Assembly: GCA_016193175.1 (NCBI GenBank)
Contig: JACPSR010000142.1
Span: forward strand, 118,332-182,331
Source: Candidatus Omnitrophota bacterium
Lineage (GTDB): Bacteria; Omnitrophota; Gorgyraeia; Aquiviventales; Aquiviventaceae
DNA: 64,000 nucleotides
Reading direction: 5' to 3'
Shown here: positions 25,829 to 33,852 of the stretch, piece by piece
How the letters are laid out: each line of letters begins with the position of its first letter
How positions within the stretch are numbered: position 1 is the first letter of the stretch
Notes under the pieces: model-generated
The model's database searches: none
Told to the model about the DNA's origin: nothing
What the model saw: the letters and a program-made list of their open reading frames with translations, nothing else
Made by a program: the position numbers and the translations under genes

Positions 25829-28422
25829 CGATACCCTTGAACCCAGCGGTGGGTGTGCATCTCCCGCATCAGCTCAGGGTGCCCAACGAGGTGGCGGTCG
25901 TTGGTTGCGGCAGGTGGGGGAAGGTCATCTGCAACGTGTTGACCGAATTCTCGCCCCCCATCGAACGGATTGTGCTTGTTGCCGCTCGCAACACGGATCA
26001 GGCGCGATCATGGGTGCAGGACAAGCGTGCGCAGCCCGATGGAGCCCGCTATGAGCGGGTGACGGTGACCGGTCGGCTTGAAGACGTCCTCAGCAATGAG
26101 GCGATTCCTGTCGCCTTTGTCACGAACATGGCGGCTGAACATTACGCCGTCACCAAGCGGCTGCTTCAGCACGACAAGCATGTGTTCGTGGAGAAACCGT
26201 TCGTCCTGACAACGGCGCAGGCGGAGGAGCTGGTCCAATTGGCGCAGGAGCGCGGGCGGACGTTGGTGGTCGGCCATGAGTATCTCGTGGCCCGGTTCAT
26301 GCATCATTTGCATGCCATGGTGCAACAGCATCTGCCCGATATCCGTGATATGGAGATGGTGTGGGAGGAGCCTCCCGGAGAAGAGAAGTGGGGATTGCGG
26401 AAGCAGCCGGATGCCAGCACCAACGTCATCACGAATCTCTACCCCCATGTGCTCAGCCAGCTCTTCGTCCTGTTCGGCTATCAGCCGATCACGCTGGAAA
26501 CGCTCGAGTCGAAGGATCGCTGTTGGCACGCGACGATGCGCTTGCGCTATGGCGACGTCCCTGTCACGGTGACGCTGGATAAGGCGGGCACGCGTTCCGT
26601 CCGCAGGATCAACGTGACCTCCTTGCGCGGTGACCGGATGACGTTCGACTACAGCGAGGAGCCCGGCACGCTCACCCTGAACGGCCGCCGGTTGCCTGAT
26701 GATCCCCAGGCCCACGCCGGTCCGAGGCCCCTGCCGTTGGAGATTACGCACTTCTTCGCCCAGATCGACTCGGCCGACCCGGCGCTGCCGACGCTCGGTG
26801 TGCACGCCGTGCCGATTGTGGAAGCGACCGAACGTGCCGACGCCGAGCTGCAACGCGCACAACTCCTCGTGCTCCGCGCCCACGCGCTCCGGGAGTGTCC
26901 GACGGCGTTGTCCCCAGACGTCGTCCGAATGCTGATCCCCCATCTCGTCTGTCCGCTGTTGGATCACGGGCTCATCAGCCATCCGAAGGATGAGCGGGCG
27001 CTGGAGCATTGGATCACCCAGGCCTTCCGCATTACCCACCAGTTCTCCCACTCGCCGTGGACCACGCAGGCTCAGACTCAGGAGTTGACCGGGTTGCCGA
27101 CACAGACCTTGCGAATGTTGAATGCGGCCATTCGAGATTCGGCGCTGCTTCAACAACTCATGGTACAGGAGGGGTTGGGCCGGAAGTACTGGACCACCAT
27201 CATCCCGATGATCCGGTCAGGGGTGTTGGACGCCGTCTTGACGAGCACCTATCGGTTTCCCCTGCGCACGGGTATCTACCCAGGGGTGTCCTGCATGTTC
27301 TTCTGCGGTTTCTGCGGGCGCAACCCCAGAGCGCGGTATGCGTTTGAGTCTGCCCCAACCGGCAACGCCATGTTTGAGGAGGTGTTCGCCAGCACCCCGC
27401 GAGATCGCGAATGCACGTTTTCGTTCTCCGGCGGATTAGAGCCGCTCACCAACCCAGGGCTCGGCGGGCTGATCCGAAGCGCCAAGCGGCACGGGATCAG
27501 GGTCCCGCTGATCACGAACGGCTACATGCTGGCCCAGCAATACCTGAAGCGACAGCCAGGTCTCTGGAGCTTGGATTCGCTGCGCGTGTCGCTCTACGGC
27601 ATTGATGAGGCGAGCTATGACGCCGTGACGCGGGTGCGCGGAGCCTTCGAGCAGGTGAAGCGCAACGTGATCGCGTTTCTCCGGATGCGCAATGAGCAGA
27701 ACCCCGCCCTGCAGTTCGGCTTGAATTTCATCATCCTCAGGAGCTGCACCGAGCAGGTGCTGAGGGTGCTGGATCTCATCGGGGAGATCAATGCGTCGGT
27801 GACGAACGGCCGCGGGGTGGATTTTTTGACGCTTCGAGAAGATTTCAGCGTGACGGAGGCGGAAGGGCTGACGCCGGAAGAGCGCGCGCGACTCATCGAC
27901 ACCTTCCGCATCTTCCGACAGCGATGGCAGACCGAGGCGATGCTCTCCGGTCTCGAGGTCGATTTCGGCTATGCGCTCCTTCCGCTGAGTGAAGGGGTGG
28001 CGGGGAAATCGCTGGCGATGGTGACCCATGAACAGATGCGGCCGAAGGCGTATCCGCAGATCTCGGTCGTCATCGATCTGCTCGGCGATGTCTACCTCTA
28101 CCGGGAAGCGGGATTTTTGGAACGGCCGGGGGCCGAGCGCTATAAGATCGGAACGATCTCTACGACGCGATCACTCGAACAGGTGATCCGCGACTTCCTG
28201 GACCATGGCCAGCCCATTGCGCCGCTTCCGACGGACCCTGTGCTCCTGGATGCGTTTGATCACATCGCGACCATCCTGATCAATCAAGCGGAATCGGATG
28301 CGGCGAGCGGGATTCCGTTCAATGAGGGGCCGGTCCGCGCGCGCTGCTACGAGCCGTCCGATGTCCGGCAGCCTCGTTCGACGACGCGCGTCCACGCCAC
28401 GTCCATGGCGGGTTCACGATGA
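25819..28422 (+). CDS. Fusion protein: N-terminal Gfo/Idh/MocA NAD(P) oxidoreductase + C-terminal radical-SAM enzyme (DesII-like by eye)
   Basis: 867 aa. Rossmann motif ..EVAVVGCGRWGKVI.. and the EKP motif ..HVFVEKPF.. Radical-SAM CX3CX2C in ..YPGVSCMFFCGFCGRN.. (Cys codons at 27292, 27304, 27313). Further blocks ..FSGGLEPLTNPGLGGL.., ..ITNGYML.., ..SLRVSLYGIDE.., ..DLLGDVYLYREAGF.. 10-nt overlap with the upstream DegT gene and ATGA overlap with the downstream GT1 gene. Confidence 0.8.
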   Translation: MPVTIPLNPAVGVHLPHQLRVPNEVAVVGCGRWGKVICNVLTEFSPPIERIVLVAARNTDQARSWVQDKRAQPDGARYERVTVTGRLEDVLSNEAIPVAFVTNMAAEHYAVTKRLLQHDKHVFVEKPFVLTTAQAEELVQLAQERGRTLVVGHEYLVARFMHHLHAMVQQHLPDIRDMEMVWEEPPGEEKWGLRKQPDASTNVITNLYPHVLSQLFVLFGYQPITLETLESKDRCWHATMRLRYGDVPVTVTLDKAGTRSVRRINVTSLRGDRMTFDYSEEPGTLTLNGRRLPDDPQAHAGPRPLPLEITHFFAQIDSADPALPTLGVHAVPIVEATERADAELQRAQLLVLRAHALRECPTALSPDVVRMLIPHLVCPLLDHGLISHPKDERALEHWITQAFRITHQFSHSPWTTQAQTQELTGLPTQTLRMLNAAIRDSALLQQLMVQEGLGRKYWTTIIPMIRSGVLDAVLTSTYRFPLRTGIYPGVSCMFFCGFCGRNPRARYAFESAPTGNAMFEEVFASTPRDRECTFSFSGGLEPLTNPGLGGLIRSAKRHGIRVPLITNGYMLAQQYLKRQPGLWSLDSLRVSLYGIDEASYDAVTRVRGAFEQVKRNVIAFLRMRNEQNPALQFGLNFIILRSCTEQVLRVLDLIGEINASVTNGRGVDFLTLREDFSVTEAEGLTPEERARLIDTFRIFRQRWQTEAMLSGLEVDFGYALLPLSEGVAGKSLAMVTHEQMRPKAYPQISVVIDLLGDVYLYREAGFLERPGAERYKIGTISTTRSLEQVIRDFLDHGQPIAPLPTDPVLLDAFDHIATILINQAESDAASGIPFNEGPVRARCYEPSDVRQPRSTTRVHATSMAGSR

Positions 28423-29678
28423 CGCGCGTTCCCGCGCAGTTCCAAGATGCCGATTGGACGCTGAAGCCGCTGATCAGTCCCTCGTCGGACCGGCCGGTCA
28501 GACGGCTGCCGGTGCACCTGTGCCTGTTCTTCACCCGCGGCATGTCGTTATGCGCCTGGCACGAGGAAGGCAGGTTGGAGCGCGAGCTGAAGCTCTACGA
28601 CGCCCTGGCTTCCCGAGTGGGGTCGCTGAGCTTCCTGACGTATGGCGCGCAGGAGGACCTGGCGTTTCAAGAGCGGTTGGGGCCGATCGCGGTCCTTGTC
28701 AACCGCTGGCGTCTTGATTCGAATGGCTACAGCGTGCTGGCGCCGCTGTTGCATCATCGCGCCCTGCGGCGGGCGACGATCTTCAAAACGAACCAGCTCA
28801 ACGGCGCCTGGTGCGCGGCGATCGCCAAGCGGCTCTTTGGCAAGAGGCTCGTGGTGCGGTGCGGGTTTGTCTGGTCGGATTTCTACGCGCGGGAAACCCC
28901 AAGCGCCTGGAAACGCCGCCTGGCCCGAACGGTTGAGCGGTGGACGCTGCGATCCGCGGACCGAATCGTGGTCGCCTCGGAGGCCGACCGGAGCTATTTC
29001 ATCAACCAGGACGGCATCGCGGCGGACATGATCCGCGTGATTCCGAACTACGTGGACATCGGGCATTTCAAGCCGGATCCAGCAGTCAGCAAGGAGCGCG
29101 GCCTGTTGTGCTACGTCGGCAAGCTCGGATACAACAAGAACCTGCCGGTATTGCTGGAAGCGATTCGAGAGATCCCTGGGGTGCGACTGAGGCTGATCGG
29201 GGATGGCCCGTTGCGCGAGCCGCTTGAGCAGCAAGCGCACGGCGCACGGCTGCCGGTGGAGTTCGTGGGCACGGTGCCGCATGACCGCTTGCCCGCCGTC
29301 CTGAACCGCGCAGAAGCGTTCGTCTTTCCCTCGGAATACGAGGGCCATCCCAAGGCGTTGCTGGAAGCCATGGCCTGCGGGCTGCCTGTGATCGGGTCCG
29401 ATGCCCCAGGGATTCGTGACATCATCACCCATCGCACAACAGGTCTGCTGTGTGGGCTCTCCGCTTCAGCGATCCGCTCAGCCATCCGCGAGCTGATGGT
29501 CGATCCGCCATTGCGAGATCGGCTCGGCGCAGCGGCTCGGGCCGCCATCATCTCAACATGCAGCCTGGATCGTGTCGTGGAGCAAGAGCTTGCGCTGTTG
29601 GAAGGCCTCTGTCTGAGCCAACCAGGTGGAGAGCGACCTGGCCCTGTGCAGCAGGCAGGGGACCTGCGCCGCGGATGA
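28419..29678 (+). CDS. Glycosyltransferase family 1 (GT4-like)
   Basis: ..FVFPSEYEGHPKALLEAMACGLPVIGSDAPGIRDIITHRTTGLL.. Confidence 0.85.
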   Translation: MTRVPAQFQDADWTLKPLISPSSDRPVRRLPVHLCLFFTRGMSLCAWHEEGRLERELKLYDALASRVGSLSFLTYGAQEDLAFQERLGPIAVLVNRWRLDSNGYSVLAPLLHHRALRRATIFKTNQLNGAWCAAIAKRLFGKRLVVRCGFVWSDFYARETPSAWKRRLARTVERWTLRSADRIVVASEADRSYFINQDGIAADMIRVIPNYVDIGHFKPDPAVSKERGLLCYVGKLGYNKNLPVLLEAIREIPGVRLRLIGDGPLREPLEQQAHGARLPVEFVGTVPHDRLPAVLNRAEAFVFPSEYEGHPKALLEAMACGLPVIGSDAPGIRDIITHRTTGLLCGLSASAIRSAIRELMVDPPLRDRLGAAARAAIISTCSLDRVVEQELALLEGLCLSQPGGERPGPVQQAGDLRRG

Positions 29679-30553
29679 AACGCGCTCCCTCACGCATTAG
29701 GGCAATGGACCACGAAGCCCAAGAGGCATCGTTTCAACGGCTGGCACGTCTGACCGCGCTGAAACAAGCCCCGGATGGGACGTTCCATCTCGGGCACTGG
29801 CGGCGAGGTCCGTTCCTCTCCGCCTTGGTGAAGCGGCTCAGGCCCCGGCACATCCTGGAGTTCGGGACCGGACGCGGGTACGGTGCCCTCTGCATGGCGC
29901 AGGCCTCGGTGGAGGGCGGTTTTGACTGCACGGTGTGGACGATCGACGTGATTCCGACGACCCAGCCGCAACCGTGGCTCTTGGATGAAGGCGCCGGGGC
30001 GGTGCACATCCACGCGTCGCTGGAGGAGGTATGGTCGAAGCACGTGCCGGTTGAATGGACCCAGCGCATCCGGTGTCTGACCGGCGATTCGCGATCGGTG
30101 ATGCGGCGGTGGCGACGCGAGGGCCTGCCGCGCGTTGATTGCTGTTTTATCGACGGCGGCCATGACTATGCAACCGTCAAGCATGACTTTGTGGCGGCGC
30201 TGAGGATCGCCAATCCACGATGCAGCTTCCTTCTGGATGATTACACGGAGAGAAAAGGCTACGGGGTGAAACGCTTCTTCGACCGCGAGCTGGCTCCCAG
30301 ACTGCCTGCGGAGGCCTGGGAGATCCTTGATCCCATGGCCTGGGATGAGACGGCCTTTGGCGAGAAGGTTCCGCACAAGATGGTCTTACTGAAAGGGGAA
30401 GCCTTCGGGGCCCTGACGCTTGCGCAGTTGTACTCCCCGCGCGAGGTTCGAGCGTTCGATCGATGGGATGCCTGGCGTACTGACAGCCAACGCCTCGCGA
30501 GGCGCGTGAAGGCCCTGCTGCGCCTGCGACGCGAAGCGGCCCGCACGACGTGA
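29675..30553 (+). CDS. Class-I SAM-dependent methyltransferase (O-methyltransferase/Methyltransf_24-like)
   Basis: The start was moved to ATG 29675 (ATGA overlap); the track's 75-aa N-terminal extension lies inside the GT1 gene. ..HILEFGTGRGYGALCMAQA.. and ..CFIDGGHDYATVKHDF.. Confidence 0.7.
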   Translation: MKRAPSRIRAMDHEAQEASFQRLARLTALKQAPDGTFHLGHWRRGPFLSALVKRLRPRHILEFGTGRGYGALCMAQASVEGGFDCTVWTIDVIPTTQPQPWLLDEGAGAVHIHASLEEVWSKHVPVEWTQRIRCLTGDSRSVMRRWRREGLPRVDCCFIDGGHDYATVKHDFVAALRIANPRCSFLLDDYTERKGYGVKRFFDRELAPRLPAEAWEILDPMAWDETAFGEKVPHKMVLLKGEAFGALTLAQLYSPREVRAFDRWDAWRTDSQRLARRVKALLRLRREAARTT

Positions 30554-31536
30554 TGAGCGTTCCTCGTGTGAGCGTGATTGTTGCGGTCCATAATGGGCAG
30601 CGCCATCTCGAGGCGTCGTTGGCGTGCGTCCTCAGACAGACCTTCAGCGATTTCGAACTGATGGTGGTAGATGACGGCTCAACAGATCGCACCCCGGAGA
30701 TCCTGTCACGCCTGAGCGATGAGGATTCGCGGCTCCGAGTGATTCAGCAGGAACACCGCGGTCAGACGGCCTCACTGATCCGGGCCATGCGCGTGGCGCA
30801 GGGCGCCTACCTTGCGCGCCAGGATGCGGATGACCTCTCGCATCCTGAACGCTTCGAGCGCCAACTGCGCTATTTCGACGCGCACCCATCTGTCGGCGCG
30901 CTGGGCTGTGCGACCGAGATCATTGATGAGGAGGGACGGGTGCTTGGCGTGATGCCGATGCGGCATGGGATCGCGCGCGTCCGACGCGGGCTGATGACGC
31001 TCAAGGCGACCATGGTCCATAGCTCGATCATGATGCGGCGGCAAACGTATGAGGCCGTCGGGAGATATCGTGAAGTCTTTTGCGTGTCGCAGGACACTGA
31101 TCTCTGGCTGCGGATGGTGCAGCGTTATGACGTGGACAACCTCCCGGAGCGATTGGTGCAGTGGAGGGTCAGCCGTGACGGAGTCTACACGAGTCAGCGA
31201 GAAAAGCAGCTGAAGTATGGGGGGGTGGCGCTGGCATTCGCGCATGAGCGCGCACGCTTCGGCGAGGATTCCTACGATCTGCTGGCCCGCGTGGGTGGTG
31301 ACCTGGAGGCCTTCGCGGCCCGGTACCGCTTGAGTGGGATGCTCCACGCGATATGGGGGGAGTTGTTGTTTCGCGGGCTGCGCGATCCTGCGGCGGCCCG
31401 TCCCTATTTTGCGCGCGCACTGGCCCAAGGCTTTGTGCGGCCCAAGACAGCCTGCTTCTTCGGATGGAGCCTGATGGGACTCGCGTGGCCGGGAGGTGCG
31501 CCGTTTTCCGTGCGTCCCGGGCAGGGACAGACCTAA
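30553..31536 (+). CDS. Glycosyltransferase family 2
   Basis: ..VSVIVAVHNGQRHLEASLACVLRQTFSDFELMVVDDGSTDRT.. and ..ARQDADDLSHPER.. TGATG overlap with the upstream stop. Confidence 0.9.
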   Translation: MSVPRVSVIVAVHNGQRHLEASLACVLRQTFSDFELMVVDDGSTDRTPEILSRLSDEDSRLRVIQQEHRGQTASLIRAMRVAQGAYLARQDADDLSHPERFERQLRYFDAHPSVGALGCATEIIDEEGRVLGVMPMRHGIARVRRGLMTLKATMVHSSIMMRRQTYEAVGRYREVFCVSQDTDLWLRMVQRYDVDNLPERLVQWRVSRDGVYTSQREKQLKYGGVALAFAHERARFGEDSYDLLARVGGDLEAFAARYRLSGMLHAIWGELLFRGLRDPAAARPYFARALAQGFVRPKTACFFGWSLMGLAWPGGAPFSVRPGQGQT

Positions 31537-31540
31537 CCCG

Positions 31541-32656
31541 ATGCGACGCAGTCTGCTCGACCTCATCTGTTGCCCCGTGTGCCACGGCGTCTTCGGACTC
31601 GAGGTGTTCGTCGAAGCCTCTGAGATCGAAGAAGGCCGGCTGACCTGCCAGCGCTGCAGCCGGGTCTTCCCGATCATCAACGGCATCCCGCGGCTCTTAC
31701 CCGATCCCCTGGCGCACTTGTCCCCGCCCTACCACCGGGACTTCTTCCAGCGCTACGCCCAGCCGATGGCCCCCTTCCTGGCGCGCTGCGCGCAGCCCCA
31801 ACAGGACCGGTGGTGGCAGGCCGAGCGCCGGACGCTCAAGAGCTACAGCTACCAGTGGCGCACCTTCAAGCAGATGCTGCCCCACTGGGAGCAGATCTTC
31901 CGCGACTCGATCCACCCCATCGACCCGGCGTTCTTCCGCGGCAAGGTGGGGCTGGATGCCGGCTGCGGCTTCGGCCGCTCGCTCCACTACGCCGCCACCT
32001 ATGGGGCGGAGGTCATCGGGATGGACCTCAGCGAAGCGGTCGAGGCGGCGCGCGAGAACACCCGGCAGCTCCCCACCATTCACCTCATCCAAGGCGACAT
32101 CTTCCATCCGCCGATCGCGGACCACTCACTCGACTTCGTCTACAGCATTGGGGTGCTCCACCATTTGCCGAAGCCGAAACAGGGGTTGCTTCGTTTGACA
32201 CACCTGGTCCGTCCGGGATCTCCCATCTTCATCTGGATGTACTCCCGCGGCCGCGGCCGCCAGATCGCCTTCCTCACCCTGCTGCGTGCCCTCACGACCC
32301 GACTCCCGTACCGGCTGTTGCACGGCGTCTCGCTGGGCTGTGCGGCCCTGCAGTGGGGCTGCTGGATCCTCCCCTATCGCCTCCTGAACCGCTTCGCCCT
32401 GACGCGGCCGCTGGCGCAGCGGCTGCCGTTCACCTTCCACGCCCGCTACCCGTTCTCCGTCCTCCACACGGACTGGTTCGACGGGCTCTCGGTCCCGCTG
32501 CAGGAGTACTACCGGCGGGAGGAGGTCGAGGCCTGGCTCCACGAAGCGGAGTTGGAGCGCATCACCATGGATCCGGCGTGGGGTCAGGTCGGCGGCGGCG
32601 GCCGGGCCTTGGGGTATGCGCCGGCGGAGGTGGGGGCAACGGAGGTCGTTCGCTGA
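31541..32656 (+). CDS. SAM-dependent methyltransferase with an N-terminal Trm112-like zinc ribbon
   Basis: MRRSLLDLICCPVCHG....LTCQRCSRVFPIINGIPRLL followed by ..GLDAGCGFGRSLHYAATYGAEVIGMDLS.. and ..LDFVYSIGVLHHL.. Confidence 0.8.
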   Translation: MRRSLLDLICCPVCHGVFGLEVFVEASEIEEGRLTCQRCSRVFPIINGIPRLLPDPLAHLSPPYHRDFFQRYAQPMAPFLARCAQPQQDRWWQAERRTLKSYSYQWRTFKQMLPHWEQIFRDSIHPIDPAFFRGKVGLDAGCGFGRSLHYAATYGAEVIGMDLSEAVEAARENTRQLPTIHLIQGDIFHPPIADHSLDFVYSIGVLHHLPKPKQGLLRLTHLVRPGSPIFIWMYSRGRGRQIAFLTLLRALTTRLPYRLLHGVSLGCAALQWGCWILPYRLLNRFALTRPLAQRLPFTFHARYPFSVLHTDWFDGLSVPLQEYYRREEVEAWLHEAELERITMDPAWGQVGGGGRALGYAPAEVGATEVVR

Positions 32657-32664
32657 CGCCGACG

Positions 32665-33852
32665 ATGTGCGCTCCACGGGTGCTCATGGTGACCGGGGCG
32701 TATTATCCCGAAGTCAGCGGGGGCGGGCTGCAGTGCCGTACGCTGATCCAGGCCATTCGGGATCGCGCGGATGTCATCGTGCTCACCACGACGAGAGATG
32801 ACTCGCTGCCGAGACGTGATGAGGTCGACGGCGTTCCCGTCTACCGCATCCCGATTGATGTCATGCGATGGCGTTCGAAGCTCGCGGCCGCGATGCGGCT
32901 GATCGGGTTCTTCGGCCGATCCCACCACCGGTTTGACATCGTGCACCTTCACGGATTCTCGCAGAAATCCATGCTGCTGCTGGCTCTCTCTAGGCTGTTC
33001 CGTAAGCACCTGGCGCTCAAGCTTACGCTGGTGGGGGAGGACGACCCGGCCTCGGTTCGGACCAAGGGGCGATTGCGGTGGTGGTGTTACACCCATGTCG
33101 ATGCGTTTTTCGGCGTCAGCCCGCGCCTTCGACAGCTCCATGACACCTTCGGCCTGCCGCAGGAGAAATTTTGGCTCATCCCCAACGGCGTCGATCTTGG
33201 CCGGTTCCGTCCGCCTCAGGCCGGAGAACGCGTTGAGCTGCGCAGGGCGCTCGGCTTGCCTGAGACGAAGCCGCTGATTCTCTTTGTCGGGCTGTTTTCT
33301 CCGCGGAAGCGCCCCCAGGTGCTCGTGGAAGCGTGGGGGCGTCTGCGGCAGCGCGACACGGGCGCGCGCGCGACGACCCTCGTCTTCGTGGGAGCCACGC
33401 AGCCCAGAGGGTATGAGGTCGATCCCGCCCTCGGGCCTGAGATTCACGCGAGGATCAAAGCACTCAGCGCGGACCGCGACGCCGTGTTCATTGAACGGAC
33501 GCATCGGATTGATCAGTACTACCGGGCTGCGGATGTGTTCGTGCTGCCCTCGACCGGCGAGGGGCTGCCCAATGCGCTCCTGGAGGCGATGGCCTCGGGT
33601 CTGGCGTGTGTCGTGACGAAGCTGGACGGCTCAACCGACACGATTGTGGAGCATGGTGTCAACGGGCTGCTCGTTCCGCCCGAAGATCCAGAGGCGTTGG
33701 AGCGCACCCTGGAGGACCTGTTGGCCGATCCGGTGCGCGCCGACATGATGGGCCGTCAGGCCCGGCAGACCGTCGAGGCGCGTTTTGCCATCCGACAGAC
33801 CGCCGAACGCTGCCTCGAGGCCTACCGGTGTCTGCTGGCCGGGAGTCGGTGA
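32665..33852 (+). CDS. Glycosyltransferase family 1 (GT4-like)
   Basis: MCAPRVLMVTGAYYPEVSGGG.. and ..VFVLPSTGEGLPNALLEAMASGLACVVTKLDGSTDTIVEHGVNGLLV.. The first 285 codons of track ORF 31810..33852 are an out-of-frame artefact over the preceding gene. Confidence 0.9.
   Translation: MCAPRVLMVTGAYYPEVSGGGLQCRTLIQAIRDRADVIVLTTTRDDSLPRRDEVDGVPVYRIPIDVMRWRSKLAAAMRLIGFFGRSHHRFDIVHLHGFSQKSMLLLALSRLFRKHLALKLTLVGEDDPASVRTKGRLRWWCYTHVDAFFGVSPRLRQLHDTFGLPQEKFWLIPNGVDLGRFRPPQAGERVELRRALGLPETKPLILFVGLFSPRKRPQVLVEAWGRLRQRDTGARATTLVFVGATQPRGYEVDPALGPEIHARIKALSADRDAVFIERTHRIDQYYRAADVFVLPSTGEGLPNALLEAMASGLACVVTKLDGSTDTIVEHGVNGLLVPPEDPEALERTLEDLLADPVRADMMGRQARQTVEARFAIRQTAERCLEAYRCLLAGSR

Noticed and set aside
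26008-27156. 382-aa minus-strand ORF inside the Gfo/Idh/MocA::radical-SAM gene. Similar long antisense ORFs occur at 18382..19242, 28548..29432, 35037..36276, 50046..51107 and 59952..61328.
   Set aside because: These are typical high-GC shadow ORFs. The translations are Arg/Pro/Gly/His-rich low-complexity sequence with no recognisable motif. Each is fully overlapped by a plus-strand gene with clear family signatures.
25819-28422. Radical-SAM enzyme as a RiPP maturase with a nearby precursor peptide.
   Set aside because: Both flanks are occupied by overlapping sugar-pathway genes (a DegT aminotransferase and a GT1). There is no small Cys/Gly-rich precursor ORF, no SPASM-type extra Cys cluster and no peptidase or transporter typical of RiPP loci.
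31810-32664. Long N-terminal extensions proposed by the ORF track: 31810..33852, 33606..35600, 37847..39061, 41373..43355, 15166..16266, 29450..30553, 43246..44484, 47263..48660, 48769..49899 and 54048..55274.
   Set aside because: The extensions run out of frame across the preceding, well-supported gene and translate to Arg/Pro/Gly-rich sequence. In each case an internal ATG sits at or next to the upstream stop (ATGA/TGATG), and the recognisable domain begins right after it.
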